Assembly: GCA_045545475.1 (NCBI GenBank)
Contig: JAZQAZ010000037.1
Coordinates: 1-45,380 of the forward strand
Source of the DNA: Clostridia bacterium
Lineage (GTDB): Bacteria > Bacillota > Clostridia > CAKSNL01 > HGM11501
Direction of reading: 5' to 3'
Length of the DNA: 45,380 nucleotides
The translations under genes and the position numbers were made by a program. The notes under the pieces are model-generated. The model was not told the origin of the DNA and did no database searches. It saw only the letters and a list, made by a program, of their open reading frames with translations. Shown piece by piece: positions 9,780 through 17,783 of the stretch. The stretch's first letter is position 1. Each line of letters starts with the position of its first letter.

Positions 9780-9886
9780 GTTTTGTGCGGGGAAACATCG
9801 CTATACCATGCGGATATGCAAGTGATAAAAGCTATTAAGATAACTAATCATAAGCCATAGGTTAAGTAATTGTGTATCTCGAGACT

Positions 9887-10120
9887 TTATTCAAATAGCT
9901 TAAATAATTTAATCCATTTTTCGCTATACTCATTTGAAATATCTATTATTTTTTTATTCTTCATAGCCTGTTTGAACGCTTTTGCTAATCCTACCTTCCA
10001 GCCATCGGCTAATTGGACTGAATACTTTCTTGCAAATTCTTCTATTTGCGGAACAACCGACTTAGAAGAATCGTATTCATCTTCGAAAGTTGCATCTTCT
10101 ACATATACAATCAGCTTGGT
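9887..10120 (-). pseudogene. C-terminal remnant of a truncated gene
   Basis: Start-less minus frame ..VYVEDATFEDEYDSSKSVVPQIEEFARKYSVQLADGWKVGLAKAFKQAMKNKKIIDISNEYSEKWIKLFKLFE*. Confidence 0.55.
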
Positions 10121-10191
10121 AAGGTATATGAAGAGAAAAAAGACGCTATAGGCAATGATAATATAAAAATCGTATTAAACTATGCATAAAG

Positions 10192-10227
10192 AAACCTGTT
10201 ATCCTTATGGATAACAGGCTGTTTTTT
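10192..10227. terminator. Hairpin terminator
   Basis: cctgttatcc ttat ggataacagg followed by ctgtttttt. Confidence 0.7.
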
Positions 10228-10400
10228 ATCAGGAGATAATTGTGACAGATGAATGAGGCTCCTGGTTAATTTGTGACTATACGGATTAAATAAATACGAC
10301 TTGAAAATGACGGGGATTGCATGGGCAGATAAGCTCATTTTCAGGCCGTTCCCGGAAAGGTGGTTGACCTGTAATTTTATCCTCTTTTCCTCCGAAATTA

Positions 10401-10454
10401 CGTATTTACGTACAAGAGCAGGTGGAACAAGGGTTATCTGTGTAAAAGATACGT
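10401..10454 (+). repeat. ~55-bp conserved motif, copy 2
   Basis: cgtatttacgtacaagagcaggtggaacaagggttatctgtgtaaaagatacgt. Confidence 0.75.
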
Positions 10455-10489
10455 ATTTTGTGAGAGAAAATTGATTTTTGAACTCGAGA

Positions 10490-11611
10490 TTAAATTTTGT
10501 GTTTGGCAATAAGCTCCGTGCTATAAATGAGTTTTTTGACTTCGTATGTACGACTATATGTACATTTGAAATTATCGGGGTTAAAAATTGCGAAATTAGA
10601 ACCTTTATTATCCATTGTGCTTTGGTATTCAATCCCATCAAAAATAGCTTGTCCATGTTGGTCTGTGATGGACATAACAAAATCACAAATATATTGAGTG
10701 GACAGATAGTCTAAAGGCCCGTCGCCTTTGCGCATTGTTCTACTCATTTCTTGATTGATTCTTATTAAGTGTTCGCGATTAATTGCTAATGCCGTACAGT
10801 CAACATCTTCGCCAAATGGACTGATTTTATGTATGCGTTTTAAATCTACTACCTTGATAGGTTTCTGTTGTTTAAATGTTCCTATGGTAACGTAATCATA
10901 CTCTGCGGCACGTATCTCATGGAATGTAGTGCGAATGTTATCTGTTAAATAAAGTCTACTTATTCCAGCAGAGTTTGCTCTTCCGTCAGATGCTTGGCCT
11001 TTTTGAGGAGCACCCATTTCACTAGGAGGAAATCCGTCTCGGTTAGTGGAAATTCTCCCTCTGTAAAAACGATGTTTGCCTATCGGAATTTCTTTGATAA
11101 TATTCAAACAATAGTTTTTTAATAACGGCTTATTTATGAGATCAGTGTGAAAACGATTTTTATGTTTAATGGAGTCTACGAAATCATCCCATTTTTCCGT
11201 TTTCAATATAGAGTTTTCCTTTAAATATGATAGATCGTATTTTTCGGGAATCCCTACAAGCCCGCTAAATAGCATCGGGTAGTCTAGAGAAATTGTAGGG
11301 GATAAACTTTTGATTATTTCGGATATGCAGTCATCAGGAATGTTGGAAAATATATCCCAATCATTTTTGATTGAATATAGCAAAGAATGCAGATCATCTT
11401 TGGGAAAGCTCGACGGCAAATCACATTCTGCGGTATAAACTGATAACAGATTATCGAATATTCCGATTAAAGAGGAATCTTTTTCGGTATTATATATATA
11501 GACATTTTTAGAACCGCATATTGGACATTCGCTACGAGTACCTTCTTTATCTATTTTATCTATTATAGCTTTTAGTTCTGCATCTTGAAAGCAATTACTA
11601 CAAAATCTCAT
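10490..11611 (-). CDS. RES domain protein (NAD+ phosphorylase/ART-like) with N-terminal Zn ribbon
   Basis: FYRGRI, MGAP, GRANSAGISRLYL, HEIRA, YLSTQYICDF, FDGIEYQST, NFAIF; CxxC...CxxC at the N-terminus. Confidence 0.9.
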   Translation of the reverse strand: MRFCSNCFQDAELKAIIDKIDKEGTRSECPICGSKNVYIYNTEKDSSLIGIFDNLLSVYTAECDLPSSFPKDDLHSLLYSIKNDWDIFSNIPDDCISEIIKSLSPTISLDYPMLFSGLVGIPEKYDLSYLKENSILKTEKWDDFVDSIKHKNRFHTDLINKPLLKNYCLNIIKEIPIGKHRFYRGRISTNRDGFPPSEMGAPQKGQASDGRANSAGISRLYLTDNIRTTFHEIRAAEYDYVTIGTFKQQKPIKVVDLKRIHKISPFGEDVDCTALAINREHLIRINQEMSRTMRKGDGPLDYLSTQYICDFVMSITDQHGQAIFDGIEYQSTMDNKGSNFAIFNPDNFKCTYSRTYEVKKLIYSTELIAKHKI

Positions 11612-12543
11612 ACTATAACCCCATCTAAATAACGTCCAATTAGTTCTAAGTGATGCATTAATGAGAGCTTCTTTACAATACCTAATCCAGGATATGATTC
11701 TTCCGCATGGATTTTTTCGAACATTTTTATTCCGAAGGTATCAAGTTTTTTTGATTTATTCCACTCGACTAACTGATCTAACGCCTGATAGAATTTATTT
11801 GCGGGGTCGCTTATGTCGTCATTATCTTCGGAAACGAAATGGCGGACTCTTAACTCCATATTGTCATCGAAATAAACAATGTGAATAGCAACTGCATATG
11901 GTGCAAATCCTGATTCAGAATATTCATTACCTATTATTGAATAATCAGAAAAGCCTAGATAATTATCTTCTAAGTAATATAAGTGGTCATTTGAAAAAAA
12001 CTCGTCAGAATCTTCTGAATAATCTTGATTTCTACTTTTTTTGTTGAATTTATCATCAAGAAGTATTCTATCAGTATGAATTTTTCTGAAAGCTGGAGCA
12101 TATGGAACTACTGTTTTGATGCTATTTTTGTCGTTGAAAGCTAGTTCGTGATATTTGATAAAATCGGGATTAGTGCAGATTGAAATGATTTGAGAATCAT
12201 CAACTCCGTCTTCATACCAAGAGTTAACTTTATCTGGCATTTCGCTATCGGCTATTATTCCTCGGAGAATTTCGGGTTTTATTGCAATTTCTCTAAGTTT
12301 ATTAAGATATTTTTCATTTTTAGAATTGCGAGCATCGGTAGCAAAGGAGCCCACCTTAGGATTTCTAATTAATATAATGGGTCGATTTGCTTCGGAAAAT
12401 GCATCTAAAGTGTTAACTAAAGTTGGTGAGAGCTTTACTGGCTCTATTATGGGGACAATTTTGTTACTTAAAGTAGAATTGCTTAAAAGCTCTTTGATGG
12501 CTAATAATTCATTCTGCCTACCTCTTAATAATGGATAATACAC
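11608..12543 (-). CDS. sce7725-family (beta-protein-like) protein
   Basis: MYYPLLRGRQNELLA, PIIEPVK, GFSDYSIIG, GFAPYAVAIH, YPGLGIVKKLSLMHHLEL. Confidence 0.85.
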   Translation of the reverse strand: MYYPLLRGRQNELLAIKELLSNSTLSNKIVPIIEPVKLSPTLVNTLDAFSEANRPIILIRNPKVGSFATDARNSKNEKYLNKLREIAIKPEILRGIIADSEMPDKVNSWYEDGVDDSQIISICTNPDFIKYHELAFNDKNSIKTVVPYAPAFRKIHTDRILLDDKFNKKSRNQDYSEDSDEFFSNDHLYYLEDNYLGFSDYSIIGNEYSESGFAPYAVAIHIVYFDDNMELRVRHFVSEDNDDISDPANKFYQALDQLVEWNKSKKLDTFGIKMFEKIHAEESYPGLGIVKKLSLMHHLELIGRYLDGVIV

Positions 12544-12544
12544 T

Positions 12545-13402
12545 TTATATTCCCTCCTTGAATGGCTTCTCGAGGTATTTGTGAAGCTCGCTTAATTCAT
12601 AGTTATCATATTTTGAAAAATAAACTAAAAATCTTAAACTGTATGGAATGAGTTCGAAATCTATAATGTCTATTCTGCTTCTCTTTTTTAATTCTTTTAA
12701 GTATAAATTATAGAAACTATCGAGAGGTAAATCGCACAACATACGCTTACATTCTCTGTAATAATTGACAGGAGTTACATTTGGCAATGGTTCTTTAATT
12801 TTCCTTATAATACTTTCGTATTCGGGTTTGTTGAGAATTTTGAACATTTCTTCTTTGGATAAAGAGCTTCTATACTCTTCAGGCTCTTTAACTCGCTTTA
12901 GTATATTTTTGTTAGATAATGCGTATATACCGATAGGGGAATTCTTGAATTTTAAAATCAGTTCTTCAGCTTGTGTTTCGCTAGTTACAACGCAGACATG
13001 ATCGAAGGCTTTGTAGTAATCATTTATTTGAGAGTCTAATCTTTCAAATGTATCCAACTCTGTTTTTATCTCATATACAACCGCTTTGCCATTTATCATT
13101 ATGAAATCTGCCTTTGACTTTGCGACAGGAACCTCGGTTAGTGCCGTTGTTGTTTTTAACCTATGTGCGGAGATTATTAATTTATTTAGGAGAGTGTTTT
13201 TATAGAAATATTCATTTCTGTATGCTGAATCTAAGCATTCGTATATTTCTGAAATGATTTGCTCGTTGTTTTTTTCAGCATCATATGAAATATTATATCG
13301 TTTTACTACGCTAGCTAAAACCGAACGGGGATTATTGTTAACAATAAGAGAGTTAAGGGTGTTGCGAGTAAAAACTCTAGTCAAAATTGTATTGTTATTC
13401 AT
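12545..13402 (-). CDS. sce7726-family protein (PD-(D/E)xK nuclease-like)
   Basis: YRNEYFYKN, E..VAKSKADFIMINGKAVVYEIKTELDTFERLDSQ..YYKAFD; AAGGGG RBS before the ATG at 13402. Confidence 0.85.
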   Translation of the reverse strand: MNNNTILTRVFTRNTLNSLIVNNNPRSVLASVVKRYNISYDAEKNNEQIISEIYECLDSAYRNEYFYKNTLLNKLIISAHRLKTTTALTEVPVAKSKADFIMINGKAVVYEIKTELDTFERLDSQINDYYKAFDHVCVVTSETQAEELILKFKNSPIGIYALSNKNILKRVKEPEEYRSSLSKEEMFKILNKPEYESIIRKIKEPLPNVTPVNYYRECKRMLCDLPLDSFYNLYLKELKKRSRIDIIDFELIPYSLRFLVYFSKYDNYELSELHKYLEKPFKEGI

Positions 13403-13445
13403 TTGATTATCCCCTTTCCATATATTCATATAACCAAGCATCTAC

Positions 13446-13474
13446 ATTATAACACTAAATTATACAGTTGACAA
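13446..13474 (-). promoter_or_regulatory. sigmaA-type promoter of the sce7726 operon
   Basis: TTGTCA-17 nt-TATAAT on the minus strand. Confidence 0.65.
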
Positions 13475-13665
13475 CCTCTAAATTAAAGATTTTGCTTATG
13501 TAGTTTGTATAAATTAAAATTGAATAGTATTAAGAATATAAGTTTGTTAGAACTGCAAATGGACGGTAACGGGATGATGTACTTTCATTTGCGATGCATG
13601 GCAAAAATAAGCACAGTTAAACATATGAAAAAATAGTATAAATTTATAGTCGAACTCACGGATGG

Positions 13666-13895
13666 ATTTCCTCACCATCCCGGCTACTGTACCCGACACA
13701 CCGAGGAAACCCATATAGCAAATGACTCTATAATGAAAGGTGAAGCGTCGCCTCCACCACGTCGGAACAAGCTAAGCTTGCTCCGACTTTTTTATGCAAA
13801 AAAGCCTTCCGCAGCACCGCTGTTCCTGCATTTCCCCAAAAAGCCTAACGCTTTCCGGGGGCCCCTTGTGCACCCTTTGGGTGCTTTTTCTTTTG
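13666..13895 (+). repeat. ~225-bp structured intergenic repeat, copy 1
   Basis: Clearly homologous to 43014-43234 (shared ccatatagcaaatgactctataatgaaaggtgaagcgtcgcctc, cgtcggaacaagc, ttccgcagcaccgctg). Confidence 0.9.
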
Positions 13896-14027
13896 GCGAA
13901 ACAATGCAGGGAGTCGAACCCTGAGAGAGTTTTTGCGTTAAGAAAACGATTGATAATCGTTTTTAGCAAAAAGGTGCGAAGAGCGGTATCGAAATGCGAA
14001 GCATACGCTCTCCCGTCGCCTCCACCA
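13894..14027. repeat. Small non-coding element with tRNA-like 3' ends on both strands
   Basis: Minus: cagggttcgactccctgcattgtttcgcca; plus: ctcccgtcgcctccacca; internal palindrome aaaacgattgataatcgtttt. Confidence 0.5.
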
Positions 14028-14151
14028 TTCATTAGCGCGTCCGGTGCAAAATTACTAAAATACCCCTCTTGGCCAACATTTACTGGTTTTTAGGTTGTCG
14101 CCCCACAGGGGAGAATTGGTTTTGGAATGTTATTTTCCGCTGATAGTGTGC

Positions 14152-14191
14152 AAAAAAACACGGATATACGTCAGTATGTCCGTGTTTTTTT
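14152..14191. terminator. Bidirectional terminator
   Basis: aaaaaaacacggatatac gtca gtatgtccgtgttttttt. Confidence 0.75.
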
Positions 14192-14449
14192 ACTTCTCTG
14201 AGACGAAAAATACCTATCCCAAAACTGCAACGCATCCGAAGGACAATTCTCCCCGAGGAGCGACAACCGATAGGGGTATTTGTTTGTCTTACCGAGGATA
14301 TCTATAAACCGGATATTTTACGAAAAAAGCCTATTTTATTGAAGCTGTCGAGGCTATATTGATTTCAGGAAAGCTTTCGGCAAGGCGATGCTTGCCATAT
14401 AGGAGAGTTTTTTCTTAAGCAAGAATAAAGAGCAAACTTTAAAAAATTA

Positions 14450-14477
14450 TTGACAATTTGATTCAAAGTGGTAGAAT
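14450..14477 (+). promoter_or_regulatory. sigmaA promoter of GH78 gene with palindrome in spacer
   Basis: TTGACA-16 nt-TAGAAT with TG extension; tttgattcaaa palindrome in the spacer. Confidence 0.6.
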
Positions 14478-14497
14478 ATGCCTATATGTAAAGAAGG

Positions 14498-16585
14498 GTG
14501 ATTATTATGTTTAACTCAAATTGGATAACAACAAAGGACTTTATAAACCTTGAAAAAATAGACGTCTATCACAAGGAACACGATAAAAAAACTCTTTCTG
14601 AAACACCGGAAGAACTTAAGAATAATCGCTGTCGTTTCAAAAAAACTTTTTTGGCTGCACAGAGCAAAAGCTATAAAATAAAAATATCGGCAGATGATTA
14701 CTATAAGCTTTACGTAAACGGAAAGTTCGTTTGTCAGGGCCCCGCTCCCGCCTATGAGGATAATTACTATTATAATGAAGCAGATATAACTCCCTTTATT
14801 ATAGACGGCATAAACCTTATTGCGGTTGAGATTTACTATCAGGGGTGCAATAACCGTGTATGGAACAGTGCCGACAACCGTCAGGGAATGATTGCAGATA
14901 TATATGAAAATGATAATTTTCTTTTCGGAACGGATGAAAGCTGGGTTTACTCCTATGCAAAGGAATATTCCGGAAGCCCTTCTATCGGCTATAAAACACA
15001 ATATACCGAAAACATAGATTTCAATAAGGCGGATTCTTCCTGGAAAACAGACTTGAATCTTTCAGGGACGGAAAAAGCTCTGATAAACGAAAAGGATGAT
15101 CACAAATTTACTTCATGTGTTCCTACCGTTTCGGTTTATACGTTAAAGCCCGAAAGCATTAACAAATTGGGTGTCGGACACTATATCATCGATATGGGTA
15201 AGGAATATACAGGTCAGCTTCATTTTAACTTAAAGGGTAAAAAGGACGAAAAAGTAATCCTCCGTCATGGTGAGGAACTTAATGAAGACGGCACTGTAAG
15301 GTTTGATATGCGGTGTAATTGCCGCTACGAGGATGTGCTTACACTCTCAGGCGGAACTGACGAAACTGACTTTTACGACTACAAGGCTTTCCGATATGCC
15401 GAAATCATCTCAGAAAGTGACTCGGTAATTGAAGATAGCATCGAAATGATTGTGCGCCATCACAAATTTGATGATGAAGGCTTTTACATAAAATCAAGCG
15501 AACCTTTGCTGGAAGATATCTGGAAGATATGTGCACAGGCACTTAAAATAGGTGTACAAGAGGGATATCTTGACTGCCCCTCAAGGGAAAAAGGACAGTA
15601 TTTGGGAGATTTTGTTGTAAGCGGTCTTGCTCATATGTATTTAACGGGCGATAGCGAAATGTATAAAAAAACGCTCCGCGAATTTGCCCTGTCATCAAAA
15701 ATCAGTAAGGGAATAATGGCGGTTGCTCCGGGCTCATTTATGCAGGAAATTGCGGATTTTTCCCTTCTTTATCCCAGAGCAGTATATAACTATTTTAAGT
15801 ATACGAACGATACGGAATTTATAAAAGAAATTCTTCCTGTACTTGACGGACTTTTAGAATATTTCAAAGGCTACGAAAACGAGAGAGGGTTACTTGAGGG
15901 AGTAGTTGAAAAGTGGAATCTTGTTGATTGGCCCGATAACCTTCGTGACGGTTATGATTTTGAACTTAAAAATCCTCCGAAGGCTGAGGGGTGTCACAAT
16001 GTAATAAATGCTTACTATTATTGTGCACACAAAACCGTTGAAGAAATAAAAAAGACAGTCGGCATAGAGTGCGAAGGATATTCGGAAAAGGTAAAGAATG
16101 CTTATATTGCAGAATTCTACAAAAAGGATATGAAGCTTTTTACAGATACAAAAGAATCGGATCATACATCCCTTCATTCAAATGCGCTTCCTGCCTGCTT
16201 CGGTCTTGTGCCGGATGAAGCAAAGGAAGATATCAGAAGACTCATTATGGAAAAAGGGCTTTGCTGCGGAGTGTGGTTCTCTTCCTTTGTGCTTGGTGCA
16301 CTTTCTGAGATTGGTGCTTATGAAGATGAGTTTGCTCTTATTACAAATAAGGGAGAGCATTCCTGGTACAATATGATAAAAGAAGGAGCGACCACCTGCT
16401 TTGAAGCCTGGGGCAAGGAGCAGAAGTGGAATACCAGCTTGTGTCATCCATGGGCGAGCAGTCCTGTAATTGCGGTAATTGAGGATTTTCTCGGAGTAAA
16501 GGGAGGCTCAACAGGAGAGGCTCATATGCCAAAAGGCGTAAAGATAGAGGTTACGCTTCCGAAAATCGGAAAAGTTGCTTATTAA
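14498..16585 (+). CDS. GH78 alpha-L-rhamnosidase (cytoplasmic)
   Basis: ISADDYYKLYVNG, IDMGKE, LRHGEEL, FRYAEI, DCPSREKGQYLGD, DWP, GATTCFEAW, SLCHPWASSP; no signal peptide. Confidence 0.9.
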   Translation: MIIMFNSNWITTKDFINLEKIDVYHKEHDKKTLSETPEELKNNRCRFKKTFLAAQSKSYKIKISADDYYKLYVNGKFVCQGPAPAYEDNYYYNEADITPFIIDGINLIAVEIYYQGCNNRVWNSADNRQGMIADIYENDNFLFGTDESWVYSYAKEYSGSPSIGYKTQYTENIDFNKADSSWKTDLNLSGTEKALINEKDDHKFTSCVPTVSVYTLKPESINKLGVGHYIIDMGKEYTGQLHFNLKGKKDEKVILRHGEELNEDGTVRFDMRCNCRYEDVLTLSGGTDETDFYDYKAFRYAEIISESDSVIEDSIEMIVRHHKFDDEGFYIKSSEPLLEDIWKICAQALKIGVQEGYLDCPSREKGQYLGDFVVSGLAHMYLTGDSEMYKKTLREFALSSKISKGIMAVAPGSFMQEIADFSLLYPRAVYNYFKYTNDTEFIKEILPVLDGLLEYFKGYENERGLLEGVVEKWNLVDWPDNLRDGYDFELKNPPKAEGCHNVINAYYYCAHKTVEEIKKTVGIECEGYSEKVKNAYIAEFYKKDMKLFTDTKESDHTSLHSNALPACFGLVPDEAKEDIRRLIMEKGLCCGVWFSSFVLGALSEIGAYEDEFALITNKGEHSWYNMIKEGATTCFEAWGKEQKWNTSLCHPWASSPVIAVIEDFLGVKGGSTGEAHMPKGVKIEVTLPKIGKVAY

Positions 16586-16586
16586 C

Positions 16587-16623
16587 AAAATATCCCGAAA
16601 GCATTTGCTTTCGGGATATTTTT
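16587..16623. terminator. Bidirectional terminator between convergent genes
   Basis: aaaatatcccgaaagc attt gctttcgggatatttt. Confidence 0.85.
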
Positions 16624-17437
16624 ATTTTGAACTGCTTCTTGTTTCCGATGGCCTCATACCCATATGCTTTACATATGTTCTGGTGAAGTAGGAGAGGTTG
16701 TGAAAGCCGCATATTTCCGAAATTTCGGAAATGCTTTTATTTGTTGTGCCGAGGAGCGATTTTGCATCTAAGCAACGCAGGTTATTGATATAGTCTATGA
16801 TAGACATTCCGGTTATAATTTTGAACTGAGTTGAAAAATATGATCGACTGTAGTTACAGGCTTTGACAAGCTCATCTATTGTTATTGGATTGCGGTAATT
16901 TTTGTTTATGTACCAGATGCTGTTCCATACAGATGTTTCCACCGAATGAGGAGATATTTTCTTTTCTTCCTGCGGTGCCGGAACCGAATGATTTTTGGCA
17001 AGCTCAAGTAAAAGAGTGAGTGCGGCGGAGCGTATGGTGGCGTTTCGCAAAGGCTCCGGTGAAGAAAAAGAATCTGCAAGGGATAAACAAAGGTCGCTTA
17101 TAACAGGACTTTCCACAAATGTATCAAAAATTATTCCTGATAAATAATTCTCTTCGGTAAAGGCTGTGGATATCTGAAACAAATGGTGCGTTGAGGTCTC
17201 TGATACAGGCTCTATTGAATGTGATTCTGAATAGTTTGCGATGCAGGCATCTCCGGGAGAGAGAATATATTCCTTGTTATTGGTTGTAATCTTTAATTTT
17301 CCCTTCAAAAGATATATGATTTCGATACCGCTGTGATAATGCTCGGTTATTTTTGGAAAATATTTTAAAGAAAGCTCTGTAGTGTTGTGCTGAATGTGCC
17401 TGAAAGCCTGGGGCTTTTTGATTACAGTTCGTTTCAT
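16622..17437 (-). CDS. AraC family transcriptional regulator
   Basis: Cupin HYHSGIEIIY; HTH YSRSYFSTQFK...SISEISEICGFHNLSYFTR. Confidence 0.95.
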   Translation of the reverse strand: MKRTVIKKPQAFRHIQHNTTELSLKYFPKITEHYHSGIEIIYLLKGKLKITTNNKEYILSPGDACIANYSESHSIEPVSETSTHHLFQISTAFTEENYLSGIIFDTFVESPVISDLCLSLADSFSSPEPLRNATIRSAALTLLLELAKNHSVPAPQEEKKISPHSVETSVWNSIWYINKNYRNPITIDELVKACNYSRSYFSTQFKIITGMSIIDYINNLRCLDAKSLLGTTNKSISEISEICGFHNLSYFTRTYVKHMGMRPSETRSSSK

Positions 17438-17460
17438 ACTTTAGCGCCTCCTTTACTACG

Positions 17461-17562
17461 ATTATACTATTATTAACATTGTTTTGTCAATAAAAAAAGA
17501 ATAATTGTGTCAAAGTATGGAAAGTATTGTGCCTTGAAAAAGGCTTATGCGGGTGATATAGT
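17461..17562. promoter_or_regulatory. Divergent promoters with possible AraC half-sites
   Basis: Minus TTGACA-18-TATAAT (17490-17461); plus TTGAAA-17-TATAGT (17534-17562); attgtg direct repeat at 17504 and 17526 next to the -35. Confidence 0.55.
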
Positions 17563-17783
17563 AAAATGTGTAAAGAACTATTTGTGATATAAGCATTTTA
17601 AATGTTTATATATGTTTCCTTCCTGCGGAAAGTCTTGGGGATTTACCGCAGAATGCCTTACGCACGCAGAGGCGTTTTGTGTTAAAGACTAAAGACTGCC
17701 GCAGCCGGATGACTTTTCACCATCCGGCATCCCTCCGGGGGAAACCCCGGAGGAAACCAAAAAGCAAAGAAAGAGGGATTGTA

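Larger units (their letters stand above)
1..13680. mobile_element. Integrative element (SCC-like backbone: two large serine recombinases, DUF927 helicase, DUF1643) with defence-like cargo; left end outside window
   Basis: Gene content listed below. AT-rich cargo at 9.9-13.6 kb, then a switch to repeats and metabolic genes after ~13.7 kb. Right boundary is inferred, not proven. Confidence 0.75.

Noticed and set aside
9870-10151. 93-aa plus-strand ORF
   Set aside because: It appears to be the antisense shadow of the more protein-like minus-strand fragment.
13894-14027. Intact tRNA or tmRNA gene
   Set aside because: Only 3'-end-like pieces are present; no D/anticodon arms or matching 5' end.
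13733-14307. Short ORFs over the repeat region (also 43009-43242)
   Set aside because: They are translations of a non-coding palindromic repeat, with no RBS or protein-like composition.
17679-17783. N-terminal extensions in the ORF track (also 751, 5401, 21393, 36784, 13441)
   Set aside because: Downstream ATGs have better RBSs and, where relevant, restore N-terminal signal peptides.
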